Assembly: GCA_964564195.1 (NCBI GenBank)
Contig: CAZMAI010000002.1
Span: 2,345-43,041, forward strand
Length of the DNA: 40,697 nt
Direction: 5' to 3'
Origin: an uncultured Anaerolineales bacterium
GTDB taxonomy: Bacteria; Chloroflexota; Anaerolineae; UBA1429
The position numbers and the translations under genes were made by a program. Under the pieces are notes generated by a model. That model had not been told where the DNA came from, did no database searches, and worked only from the letters and a program-made list of their open reading frames with translations. How positions within the stretch are numbered: the stretch's first letter is position 1; every line of letters begins with the position of its first letter. Positions 26,009-34,939 of the stretch are shown piece by piece.

Positions 26009-26503
26009 ATGCGGACCCTTTTCGTTATGCGTCACTGCAAGTCCCGCTGGGACCAGAGCAGTGTGCAGGACATTGATCGCAAACTCAGTGCCCGTGGCAA
26101 GCGTGACGCACAGGACATCGGTGGCCAGTTGGCGATGGACGTTCCTACGCCGGACTTGATCATCACGTCTACGGCCCGGCGTGCCCGGGCGACTGCCAAA
26201 CGGGTGGCCAAGGCCTGGGGCTATAAAGAGAAAACGACACAGGAACCGCGACTCTACGACACGACTCGCCAGGGCTGCGTCGGCGTCCTCAGAGCTCTAG
26301 ACGACTCTGTCGAGAGCGTGATGATCGTCGGGCATAACCCATGTCTTGAGGAGATCGTCTTTTTCCTTGGAGATCGGGCCGTGCAGATGGCCACTGGCAC
26401 CGTGGCGCGCATCGATCTCCCGATCGACTCCTGGCAAGAACTGGAGCTGCCGGCCGATGGTTTGATTTCGCGCGTATGGAGCATCGCTTGCGCTCTGACG
26501 TGA
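26009..26503 (+). CDS. sixA: SixA-like phosphohistidine phosphatase (histidine phosphatase superfamily, branch 1)
   Basis: 164 aa. Catalytic RH in LFVMRHCKS, the R-x-L-x3-G pattern, ITSTARRARATA, and a second His in VGHNP. It starts 28 nt after pgi behind GGGGGAGGGG. Confidence 0.7.
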   Translation: MRTLFVMRHCKSRWDQSSVQDIDRKLSARGKRDAQDIGGQLAMDVPTPDLIITSTARRARATAKRVAKAWGYKEKTTQEPRLYDTTRQGCVGVLRALDDSVESVMIVGHNPCLEEIVFFLGDRAVQMATGTVARIDLPIDSWQELELPADGLISRVWSIACALT

Positions 26504-26595
26504 GCCCCTTGCCCGACGGATCAATCAAGGGTAGCGGGAACTTCCGGGACTGACGTCGGTTTGCGTCTCGTTGGACACGAAGGTAGGGAGATACT

Positions 26596-29151
26596 GTGAT
26601 GATGTCTGACAGTGTCACTCGAGGTAGCTACGATTCGCCTGATGGGCAGAGCATACCCGCCTTGTTGCGGGAGCTTGCTATCGCATGGGAGAGAATCAGG
26701 GTCCTTGAAGCTGGCGGCGCAGATGGAACGGTCCACGTTGAGCAATCGCGGCAAGGCTCTGACAATCGTCTGCGAACCCTTCTGGGTAACCTTCAGGAAC
26801 TGATTCTCGTGCTAGATCCTGATCGCTTGATCACGGATGTGGCGGGGAACTGCATGGGCCTCCTTGGCTACGCCCCCAACGAACTACGCGGTCCCGGCGT
26901 ACAAGTGGATGTTCTCCAGTTCTTTGACGGTGAGCACCGCTTGATGGTGAGCGAGCAGTTTGCGCAGGCACGGCTTCATCCGCAGGGCAGTGTGCGCGAA
27001 GTCCGTATCATGGACCGTGCTGGCGAGATCCGCTGGGTGGAGTGCACGTTGGTCCCGCTGTATGATGAGATGGAACAGCATCTCAAGGGCGCACAACTGA
27101 TCTTGCGCGATGTTAGCGACCGCGTCCGTGCTGAACAGATGGTTCTCGCACTAAACCGGGCAGCTGCAGCCGTGCAAAAGGCCTCGCTCTCCCTTGATGA
27201 CGTCATAGCGGCGGTGACTGGGCAGTTGCGTGATCTCGGGCTCAATTCTGGCGTCGGACTTTACACATCGGATCACGACGAGATCGACTGGGTCGGATTC
27301 TGCGGTGACGCACGCTTTCTTCAGACTGTCGAGCTACTGAGAGGGGAACCTGTCCCTGGTGGACTTCAGAGCATTCAGCCCTTGTGGGATCGTCTAGCGC
27401 TAGGCCACCCTGCCATCATTCGTATGGATGGCTCTTCAATTGCGCGGATCGTACGCAATCCGTTGCTAGCGCGGCAGATTGCGCAGTTGTTGGGGCCCAT
27501 GACTGGCATCGTCGTGCCGCTGCGAGCAGAGGCTCACGACCTAGGTTTTCTTGTTGTCGCCGCATCTTGGCTCGACGAAGACAGCCTGCCGGCTATTCAA
27601 GCGTATGCAAATCAAACGGCGATTGCTATTCGCAACAGCCGGCTGATTGGCTTGCTGGCTGAGAGTGAGGCCCAGTACCGTGCGATCTTCGAGGCTGCTA
27701 GGGACGGCCTCTTTGTGATGGACATCAACGGACGAGTTGTCGCGGCAAGTCTGACGACCTGCAGGCTGTTCTCGATGTCGGTCGAATCGATGATAGGCAG
27801 GAGTGTCGAGACGCTGTTCTCGGCCCCGCTGGACCAGATCTGCTCATGTTGCCAGATAGGCATGCAAGACGACGATGGCGCCACTGTCCTCGCTCAGGCG
27901 TTCCTCGATGGAGGCGATTCTTTCCCAGTTGAGTTGCGTGGATCGTGTATGCTCTTTGAAGATGAGACGCTCCTGTTGGTGCTCATCACAGATATCTCCG
28001 AGCGCATCCGTGCCCAGGAAGCTCTGATCCAGTCCGAGCGCCTGAGCGCTTTGGGGCAGATGGCCGGAGGTGTAGCACACGACTTTAACAATATCCTGGT
28101 CAGTATACTGGGCTTTGCCCAGATGGCTATGGATGACGCCCGAGCAGGCGGCGAGGGGCTTCTCGAGGAGTTGGCACAGATCGAAGCGGGTGCGAGAGAG
28201 GCGTCAGAGGTTGTGAGCCGCCTTCAAGCGCTCTACCGTGAGAGCGAGGACGTGAGTGATCTGGTGCCGGTCCAGCTAGATCAGGTGTTGATGGATGCAC
28301 TGGCATTGCACAGGCCGCGCTGGAAAGACATTCCGCAGTTTCAGGGGATCACCTACGAGATCATTACGAACCTGACAGCGCCACCTCACGTGATGGCCAA
28401 TCCAGGCGAGTTGCGACGCGTATTCAGCAACTTGTTGATAAACGCGATCGATGCGATGCCGGAGGGCGGTACGTTGACTTTCGAGAGCTGGCAGCAGGGC
28501 GCTCAGGTCTGTGTCTCCATCCGTGACACTGGACATGGAATCGCTCCCGAGATTCTGCCACGCGTCACTGAGCCCTTTTTTACGACCAAGAGGAGCAGCG
28601 GCCTGGGTCTGACTGTGACCGATACCATTGTTAAGCGTCACGGCGGTAGTATGCATCTGGAGAGTAGACCCGAAGTGGGCACGGTGGTGACTCTACAATT
28701 CCCTTGTTGTGAGGCACAGGAGAAGGGTGGCCTTAGGGCGTCGCAGCGTAGTCTTTCAGCATTGGTTGCGGCGCTTCGTGTGCTGGTTGTTGACGATGAG
28801 CCTCGGGTTCGAGCGGTGCTTCAACGGATCCTCGAGCGTCAGGGACACCAGGTCAAGACCGCGGCGAGCGGCATGGAAGGCCTCGCTGCGCTGCGGGAGT
28901 CAGAGTATGATCTTCTGATCTGTGATCTGGGGATGCCCGGCCTATCAGGGGCTCTCGTGATGCCACAGGCCCATGAGATAGATCCTGACATGCGTATTGT
29001 GGTGACCACGGGGTGGGGGGAGACGGTGACTCCCGAAGAGATGCGCGAGATGTGTGCCGTGGCATTGCTTGCAAAGCCTTTTGGCCAGGACGATGTTCGC
29101 CGTGTAATCGCCGATGCCCAAGTAAGCAAAGGCCAGCGCTATGGATTCTAG
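26596..29151 (+). CDS. Cytoplasmic hybrid sensor histidine kinase: PAS-GAF-PAS-HisKA-HATPase-REC
   Basis: 851 aa with no TM helix. H-box [12 protein letters not shown]-box [11 protein letters not shown]1 RDTGHGI, G2 GLGLTV. C-terminal receiver VLVVDDEP...[10 protein letters not shown]...VVTTGW...AKPF. The start is GTG 26596 or ATG 26599, behind GGGAG. Confidence 0.9.
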   Translation: MMMSDSVTRGSYDSPDGQSIPALLRELAIAWERIRVLEAGGADGTVHVEQSRQGSDNRLRTLLGNLQELILVLDPDRLITDVAGNCMGLLGYAPNELRGPGVQVDVLQFFDGEHRLMVSEQFAQARLHPQGSVREVRIMDRAGEIRWVECTLVPLYDEMEQHLKGAQLILRDVSDRVRAEQMVLALNRAAAAVQKASLSLDDVIAAVTGQLRDLGLNSGVGLYTSDHDEIDWVGFCGDARFLQTVELLRGEPVPGGLQSIQPLWDRLALGHPAIIRMDGSSIARIVRNPLLARQIAQLLGPMTGIVVPLRAEAHDLGFLVVAASWLDEDSLPAIQAYANQTAIAIRNSRLIGLLAESEAQYRAIFEAARDGLFVMDINGRVVAASLTTCRLFSMSVESMIGRSVETLFSAPLDQICSCCQIGMQDDDGATVLAQAFLDGGDSFPVELRGSCMLFEDETLLLVLITDISERIRAQEALIQSERLSALGQMAGGVAHDFNNILVSILGFAQMAMDDARAGGEGLLEELAQIEAGAREASEVVSRLQALYRESEDVSDLVPVQLDQVLMDALALHRPRWKDIPQFQGITYEIITNLTAPPHVMANPGELRRVFSNLLINAIDAMPEGGTLTFESWQQGAQVCVSIRDTGHGIAPEILPRVTEPFFTTKRSSGLGLTVTDTIVKRHGGSMHLESRPEVGTVVTLQFPCCEAQEKGGLRASQRSLSALVAALRVLVVDDEPRVRAVLQRILERQGHQVKTAASGMEGLAALRESEYDLLICDLGMPGLSGALVMPQAHEIDPDMRIVVTTGWGETVTPEEMREMCAVALLAKPFGQDDVRRVIADAQVSKGQRYGF

Positions 29152-29893
29152 CAGCGCGCACGGCGGCTGGGCGGGTGCCCGTATTCTCATCGTGGAGGAC
29201 GAGCTGAGCCTGCGTGAGTCGCTCGAGTACAGCCTGCGCCAGGAAGGCTATGAGGTGACTACCGCCGCGGACGGCAACGCAGCTCTCGACGCGGTGTGTG
29301 AGTTTGCACCGGATCTGGTGCTTTTGGATGTTATGCTGCCAGGCCTGGACGGGCTGGAAGTATGCCGAAGGCTCCGCAGAGGCAGCGACATGCCAATCCT
29401 GATGCTCACGGCGCGAACCGACGAGATCGACAAAGTGGTGGGCCTGGAAGTGGGCGCAGATGACTATGTCACCAAGCCCTTTGGCATGCGCGAACTGCAG
29501 GCGCGCATCAGGGCTCTGCTGCGGCGCGCGCGGCACGGCATAGAGTCTGCGGATGGCGTCACGCCAGAAACCCGAACCGAGTCACGCCGTGAGGCGCGCA
29601 TCGTGAGCGGTAATCTGGCGATAGACACCAGCCGTCATGAAGTCAGTCTGAATGGCATCCCGCTAGACCTCAAGCCGCGAGAGTATGATTTGCTGCTGTT
29701 TCTGGTTCAGCATCGCAGGATGGTTGTCTCCCGCGATCTGATACTGGAGCGGGTCTGGGGCTGGAGTTACGGCGGGGGTACGCGAACAGTCGATGTGCAT
29801 GTCCGCTGGTTACGTGAAAAGATTGAGATTGATCCATCGGATCCGGTGCGCATTCAGACGGTGCGCGGCGTAGGCTATCGATTTGAGGGCTAG
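29141..29893 (+). CDS. OmpR/PhoB-type response regulator (PhoB/PhoP-like)
   Basis: Receiver ILIVEDE...[13 protein letters not shown]...KPF, and winged helix ...[11 protein letters not shown]...[11 protein letters not shown]. The start overlaps the hybrid kinase stop by 11 nt. Confidence 0.9.
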   Translation: MDSSSAHGGWAGARILIVEDELSLRESLEYSLRQEGYEVTTAADGNAALDAVCEFAPDLVLLDVMLPGLDGLEVCRRLRRGSDMPILMLTARTDEIDKVVGLEVGADDYVTKPFGMRELQARIRALLRRARHGIESADGVTPETRTESRREARIVSGNLAIDTSRHEVSLNGIPLDLKPREYDLLLFLVQHRRMVVSRDLILERVWGWSYGGGTRTVDVHVRWLREKIEIDPSDPVRIQTVRGVGYRFEG

Positions 29894-29896
29894 ACT

Positions 29897-31669
29897 ATGT
29901 TGTTCAAGACCATTCGGGGCCGCGTTGCTTTCAGCTACATGCTCCTCATCGCCCTCACTATGGGTGCGTTGGCATGGTATATCCTGGGCTTTGTGCGGAG
30001 CACGTACATTGACCAACTGGCGGATCAGCTGGCGGCTGAGGCACGTCTAATCGCAGAGTTCGCGCCGTATCTCTTTGAAGCTCAAGGGGGATCGGATGCA
30101 GACGCTCTTGCGGATCGCTATGCTGGCATGCTGAACGCCCGCGTTACGTTGATCGATAGCGCCGGAAAGGTGATTGGAGATTCTGAGGCCGAGGTCAGCG
30201 CTATGCTCAACCATCTGCAGAGGCCCGAGATTGTGGATGCGCGGCGTCAGGGTCTCGGCGTTGAGCGGCGATACAGCGATACTGTGCAGTATGACGCTCT
30301 CTATGTGGCTGCGCCAGTGCGACTGGAGTCGGGCGAGCCGGCTTATGTACGCCTCGCTGTCCCCTTGCGCGCGATCGATGCGACTGTGGGCATGTTGCGC
30401 CGTCGTATTCTGGGTACCACAGGCCTGATGCTTCTGGTGGCGCTGGTGCTGGGCGTGATTTTGGCGGAAAAGACTGCGCGGCCCATCCGGGAACTCACGA
30501 CCGCGGTTCAGCGTGCAGCCCAGGGCGATCTGTCTGTGCGGCTGGTTCCCAGGTCACAGGATGAGGTAGGTATCCTGACCGGAGACTTTTCCACGATGAC
30601 TGACAGGCTCAGATCTACCATCGATGAGCTATCGCGGGAGCGGTCTGAGGCCGCTGCCATACTGGCGCACATGGCCGATGGTATTGTGATCACCGATCCA
30701 TCAGGGCGCATTCAGCTGATCAATGAGGCGGCCTTGCGCATCCTGGGCACGACAAAAGAGGCTGCCCTGGGCCGGTCACTGCCTCAGATCGCTCGCGAGG
30801 AAGAGATCATCCTCACGTTGCGGGCTTGTCTCGCAGACCGGCGCGAGCAAAGCGAACTGGTGGAACTCTCTCGTACCGACCAATTCGTGCAGCTCATCGC
30901 GACCCCCATCTCTGCCGGTGAGGAAGAGGGGGCACGTTGTCTGATCGTGCTCCAGGACCTCGGCCAGATACGGCGCCTGGAGACCGTGCGGCGTGACTTT
31001 GTCAGCAACATCTCGCACGAACTGAGGACGCCGCTGGCATCGTTGCGTGCCATCGTCGACACGCTGCGTGGCGGTGCGATCGACGATCCCCCGGCGGCCG
31101 CCCATTTTATCGAGCGGATGGATGTCGAGATAGAAGACCTGACGCTGATGGTCGAGGCGCTGCTCGAGCTCTCGCGCGTCGAGTCGGGCCAGGCCCCCAT
31201 TCGGCTTGCTCCGATCTCTGTATCTGAAGTTGTGGATCCCGCGATCGAGCGCCTGCGGCCGCAAGCCGCGCGAGGCGAACTCACTCTGGACGCGAATCTG
31301 CCTGCCGGGCTTCCGCCGATCCTGGCTGATGCCGAGCAGTTGCACATCGTCATCACCAACCTCATCCAGAATGCGATCCACTTTACGCCAGCCGGCGGGC
31401 ACATCAGCGTCGAGGCAAAGGAGGTCGGCGATGTGGTAAGTATCTCTGTCCGCGACACTGGCATCGGCATCCCCGCTGACCTGCTTCCGCGTGTGTTCGA
31501 GCGTTTCTACAAAGCCGACCGGTCACGCGCCTCTCGCGGCTCTGGTCTCGGGCTCGCCATCGCGCGTCACATCGTGCAGGCTCACGGAGGGGAGATCAGC
31601 GCCAGCAGTACAGAGGGTCAGGGCAGCGTGTTTACCTTTACTGTTCTGGCAGCAGAATCCACTGGCTAG
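29897..31669 (+). CDS. phoR: PhoR-like membrane sensor histidine kinase (TM-periplasmic domain-TM-HAMP-PAS-HisKA-HATPase)
   Basis: Two TM helices flank a roughly 150-aa extracytoplasmic segment. H-box FVSNISHELRTPL, N-box NLIQNAIHFT, plus DTGIGIP and GSGLGLAIA. It starts 3 nt after the regulator stop and sits directly upstream of the pst operon. Confidence 0.85.
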   Translation: MLFKTIRGRVAFSYMLLIALTMGALAWYILGFVRSTYIDQLADQLAAEARLIAEFAPYLFEAQGGSDADALADRYAGMLNARVTLIDSAGKVIGDSEAEVSAMLNHLQRPEIVDARRQGLGVERRYSDTVQYDALYVAAPVRLESGEPAYVRLAVPLRAIDATVGMLRRRILGTTGLMLLVALVLGVILAEKTARPIRELTTAVQRAAQGDLSVRLVPRSQDEVGILTGDFSTMTDRLRSTIDELSRERSEAAAILAHMADGIVITDPSGRIQLINEAALRILGTTKEAALGRSLPQIAREEEIILTLRACLADRREQSELVELSRTDQFVQLIATPISAGEEEGARCLIVLQDLGQIRRLETVRRDFVSNISHELRTPLASLRAIVDTLRGGAIDDPPAAAHFIERMDVEIEDLTLMVEALLELSRVESGQAPIRLAPISVSEVVDPAIERLRPQAARGELTLDANLPAGLPPILADAEQLHIVITNLIQNAIHFTPAGGHISVEAKEVGDVVSISVRDTGIGIPADLLPRVFERFYKADRSRASRGSGLGLAIARHIVQAHGGEISASSTEGQGSVFTFTVLAAESTG

Positions 31670-31695
31670 GACGTGATTTCGCAAGGTCTCGTTTG

Positions 31696-31728
31696 GGGCG
31701 CTGCCTGCGCTACTCCTGCGCAGCGCCC
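31696..31728 (+). terminator. Possible stem-loop after phoR
   Basis: GGGCGCTGC (31696..31704) pairs with GCAGCGCCC (31720..31728) around a 15-nt loop. No T-run. Confidence 0.3.
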
Positions 31729-31743
31729 GATTGCCCCCAATCC

Positions 31744-31797
31744 TTTACCGGCTGTTAACACGGCCGGAAAGCCCCCTTAACCTGCGCATGCTATCCT
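31744..31797 (+). promoter_or_regulatory. Pho-box-like direct repeats plus a -10 element upstream of pstS
   Basis: Hexamers on an 11-bp register: TTTACC (31744), TTAACA (31755), [GGAAAG, 31766, non-matching], TTAACC (31777). Then 9 nt and TATCCT (31792..31797). There is no recognisable -35, as expected for an activator-dependent Pho promoter. Confidence 0.45.
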
Positions 31798-31833
31798 CGT
31801 TACTGGATAAAAGAAACAGAACGAGGAGGAAAG

Positions 31834-32994
31834 ATGCGTCGTACGATCGTAATGGTGATGGTTCTAGCGGCCGTGTTGCTTGGCCTGGTCGGCTGCGGCT
31901 CTACAGGGACGCCGGTAGAGACGGTTGTTGAGGTTGAGAAGCAGGTTACTGTTGTGGTGGAGAAAGTTGTCGAGGTCGAGAAGGCAGCGGCGGCGGCCGG
32001 CTCTGTTCAGCTGACGGGGGCGGGTGCGAGTTTTCCTTACCCCCTGTATTCGCGCTGGTTCTACGAGTATGCTTTTGTGAACCCGGTTCCTCGCATTAAC
32101 TACCAGAGCATTGGCTCCGGTGGCGGCATCCGCCAAATCACGGAAAAGAACGTTGACTTTGCGGGCTCCGACGCGGTGCTGAATGCGGAGCAAAAGGCTG
32201 CGGCGCCGGGGTTGATGATGCTCCCCACAGTGGCTGGTGCGGTGGTGCTTGCCTACAACGTCCAGGATGCGGCTGGCGAAGCGATCCCGACGGGCTTGGT
32301 TCTGACGGCTGATAGCATCACCGGGATTTTCCTGGGTGAGATCACCCGCTGGAACGACCCGCTGCTGGTGGCTGCTAACCCTGATGTGGATCTTCCTGAC
32401 ACCCAGATTATCGTTGGGCATCGCTCTGATGGCTCGGGCACGACATTCATCTTTACCAGCTATCTGAGCGCAGTAAGCGAGGAATGGCTATCGCGCGTCG
32501 GCGCTGGCACTGCTGTCGAGTGGCCCGTGGGCCTGGGCGGCAAGGGCAATGAGGGAGTGGCCGGCATCGTCAAAGAGCAGCCTGGCAGCATCGGTTACGT
32601 GGAACTCGCTTACGCGGAGCAGAACAAACTGGGGTATGCCTACGTGGAAAACCAGTCTGGCAACGTGATCGAGCCCGGACTGGACAGCACGACGGCCGCC
32701 TCCAACGAGGCCATTGCCGATATGCCTGAGGATCTGGGGCAGGTTCTGGTCAATGCTCCAGGCGCAGACTCTTATCCCATCGCTGGTTACACCTTCCTGC
32801 TGGTATATGAGGACACGCCTGATTGCGACAAGGCGCGTGAACTGCAAAAGCTCATCACGTGGGCCATGTCTGATGAGGCCGATGCGTATGCAGAGGAGTT
32901 GCTCTATGCGCCCCTCGGCGACGCTGTCAAAGCGTTGGTGATGGAGCGCGTGAATGGTATGACCTGCAACGGCGGCCAGCCCATCGCGCCGTGA
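31834..32994 (+). CDS. pstS: Phosphate ABC transporter substrate-binding lipoprotein
   Basis: Signal peptide with lipobox LGLVGC|G, a Val/Glu/Lys repeat linker, then the PstS core (LTGAGASFPYPLYSRWF...YQSIGSGGG...GSDA). GAGGAGG upstream. Confidence 0.9.
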   Translation: MRRTIVMVMVLAAVLLGLVGCGSTGTPVETVVEVEKQVTVVVEKVVEVEKAAAAAGSVQLTGAGASFPYPLYSRWFYEYAFVNPVPRINYQSIGSGGGIRQITEKNVDFAGSDAVLNAEQKAAAPGLMMLPTVAGAVVLAYNVQDAAGEAIPTGLVLTADSITGIFLGEITRWNDPLLVAANPDVDLPDTQIIVGHRSDGSGTTFIFTSYLSAVSEEWLSRVGAGTAVEWPVGLGGKGNEGVAGIVKEQPGSIGYVELAYAEQNKLGYAYVENQSGNVIEPGLDSTTAASNEAIADMPEDLGQVLVNAPGADSYPIAGYTFLLVYEDTPDCDKARELQKLITWAMSDEADAYAEELLYAPLGDAVKALVMERVNGMTCNGGQPIAP

Positions 32995-33009
32995 GGTCCG
33001 CTGTGAGTA

Positions 33010-33047
33010 GCCTTCCGGGGAGTGCGGCAACGTGCTCCCCGAAAGGC
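33010..33047 (+). promoter_or_regulatory. Intra-operon stem-loop between pstS and pstC
   Basis: GCCTTCCGGGGAG (33010..33022), 12-nt loop, CTCCCCGAAAGGC (33035..33047); 13 bp with one mismatch. Likely an mRNA stabiliser or partial terminator that raises pstS relative to pstCAB. Confidence 0.5.
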
Positions 33048-33123
33048 CTGTCTGACCGGCGGTGTGGTGAATGAATGACAAACTGGAGGATCTTGAGCCA
33101 GTGAAGATCGCGGAGCAACAGAG

Positions 33124-34083
33124 ATGACGGCGATAGAGCATACCCCACCTGCTCTGGCACGATCCAGAGCCAGAGTGGGCGATTCCGTCTTTCGATGGTG
33201 GACATGGCTGATGGCTGCGCTGCTTGCAGTCATCATGTTGCTGTTGGTCTATGAGTTGGTTATCGGGGCAGAGCTTGCCCTGGGTGAGTTCGGTACGGCC
33301 TTTCTGTCAGGGTCCCGCTGGGATCCCGTCACCGACCGGTATGGGGCCTGGCCTGCCATCTTTGGAACAGTAGTGTCATCTGTACTCGCCCTGGGTATAG
33401 CAGGACCCCTGGGTCTGCTCGCGGCCATCTTTTTGGCAGAGCTCGCGCCGAGATGGCTCGAATCGCCAGTATCGTTCCTGATCGAGCTCCTGGCAGCGGT
33501 CCCTAGTGTCGTTTATGGTCTCTGGGGCCTGTACGTGATGGTCCCGGTGATGCGGGATCCGATACAGATCTGGCTGAGCACCCATCTGGGCAGCCTGCCG
33601 CTATTTGCGTGCCAGCCGCTCGGCATCGGGATGATGTCCGCTGTAGCGATTCTGTCTATCATGATCCTGCCCTATGGTATTTCCGTGGCCCGCGATGTGC
33701 TCCGGGCAGTGCCCAACGAGCAACGTGAGGCGATGCTGGCGCTGGGGGCTACGCGCTGGGAGACCATCTGGCGCGTCGTGGTTCCCTTTGCGCGATCTGG
33801 TATCATTGGTGGCCTGTTGCTGGCGCTCGGGAGAGCCGTGGGCGAGACCATGGCCGTGACGATGCTCATCGGCAACCGGGCACAGGTGTCGGGTTGCCTC
33901 TTCAGCCCGGCCTACACGCTCTCGAGCCAGATCGCCAACGAATTCACAGAGGCGGTCTCGCCAATGCACATCTCGGCGCTGATGGAGTTGGGGCTCGTAC
34001 TGTTTGCCATTACTTTGGTGCTGAACGGGGCCGCGCGTCTGCTCGTGTGGCGGATCACCCGTGGCTACCCGGTGGGACGTTAA
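33124..34083 (+). CDS. pstC: Phosphate ABC transporter permease PstC
   Basis: 319 aa, 6 TM helices, EAA-type loop REAMLALGATRWETIWRVVVP. Confidence 0.9.
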   Translation: MTAIEHTPPALARSRARVGDSVFRWWTWLMAALLAVIMLLLVYELVIGAELALGEFGTAFLSGSRWDPVTDRYGAWPAIFGTVVSSVLALGIAGPLGLLAAIFLAELAPRWLESPVSFLIELLAAVPSVVYGLWGLYVMVPVMRDPIQIWLSTHLGSLPLFACQPLGIGMMSAVAILSIMILPYGISVARDVLRAVPNEQREAMLALGATRWETIWRVVVPFARSGIIGGLLLALGRAVGETMAVTMLIGNRAQVSGCLFSPAYTLSSQIANEFTEAVSPMHISALMELGLVLFAITLVLNGAARLLVWRITRGYPVGR

Positions 34084-34084
34084 C

Positions 34085-34921
34085 ATGGACAAGTCGATCT
34101 GGCGCAAGACAGTAAACCGTTTGATGGTACTCCTCACCGCCTTTGCCGCGGCGCTCGGTGTCGCGGCCCTTTTGGCTGTACTGACCTTTGTGGTCAAGAA
34201 TGGCGTCGCCGCTCTCAACGTGGATCTGTTCACCAGGCTGCCGACGCCGGTGGGTGTGCCTGGCGGCGGCGTAGCGAACGCCATCGTAGGATCGCTCATC
34301 GTGATCGGATTGGCCTCGCTCTTTGCCGTGCCCGTGGGGCTGGGCGCCGGCATGTATCTCAGCGAGTTCGGTAACAACCGGTTCGCGGATATAGTGCGCT
34401 ATCTCGCCGATGTCCTGTCGGGAGTGCCATCTATCGTCATCGGGATTTTCGCGTACAACCTTATCGTGGCACAGCAGGGGCACTTTTCCGCGCTTTCGGG
34501 TGGGATCGCCCTGGGAGTCATGATGCTGCCTTCTATCGTGCGCACGACCGAAGAGATGATGCGAATGGTGCCGGCCACGCAGCGCGAAGCGTCGCTGGCA
34601 CTCGGATTGCCGCGGTGGCGCACGATCCTCAGCGTGGTGCTGCCTTCGGCCAGATCGGGTGTCACGACCGGCATTCTGCTGGCCGTTGCGCGGGTGGCGG
34701 GAGAGACGGCACCGCTGCTCTTTACGGCGTTCGGCAATCCCTTCTGGAGCGTGAACATCAATCAACCGATCGCCACGCTGCCGCACACACTCTTTACCTA
34801 CGCAATCTCACCCTATACGGACTGGCAGTCCAAGGCCTGGGGCACCGCGATCATCTTGACCAGCATGATGCTGTTGGCCAGCGTGCTCGCACGAAGGGGC
34901 CGCCGGCACGCTGCTGCTTAG
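34085..34921 (+). CDS. pstA: Phosphate ABC transporter permease PstA
   Basis: ATG at 34085, 1 nt after the pstC stop. EAA-type loop REASLALGLPRWRTILSVVLP. Confidence 0.9.
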   Translation: MDKSIWRKTVNRLMVLLTAFAAALGVAALLAVLTFVVKNGVAALNVDLFTRLPTPVGVPGGGVANAIVGSLIVIGLASLFAVPVGLGAGMYLSEFGNNRFADIVRYLADVLSGVPSIVIGIFAYNLIVAQQGHFSALSGGIALGVMMLPSIVRTTEEMMRMVPATQREASLALGLPRWRTILSVVLPSARSGVTTGILLAVARVAGETAPLLFTAFGNPFWSVNINQPIATLPHTLFTYAISPYTDWQSKAWGTAIILTSMMLLASVLARRGRRHAAA

Positions 34922-34939
34922 ACAAAGGAGACTCTGCAT

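Noticed and set aside
26596-29151. Impression that the hybrid kinase gene is a few percent lower in GC than its neighbours (possible horizontal acquisition)
   Set aside because: It rests only on hand counts of a couple of 60-nt lines (about 57% vs 63%). That is within normal gene-to-gene variation. There are no flanking repeats, integrase or tRNA. A windowed GC/codon-usage calculation would be needed.
33601-34786. Minus-strand ORFs 33601..34377 and 34055..34786 across pstC/pstA
   Set aside because: These are antisense shadows of ABC permease genes with clear EAA loops.
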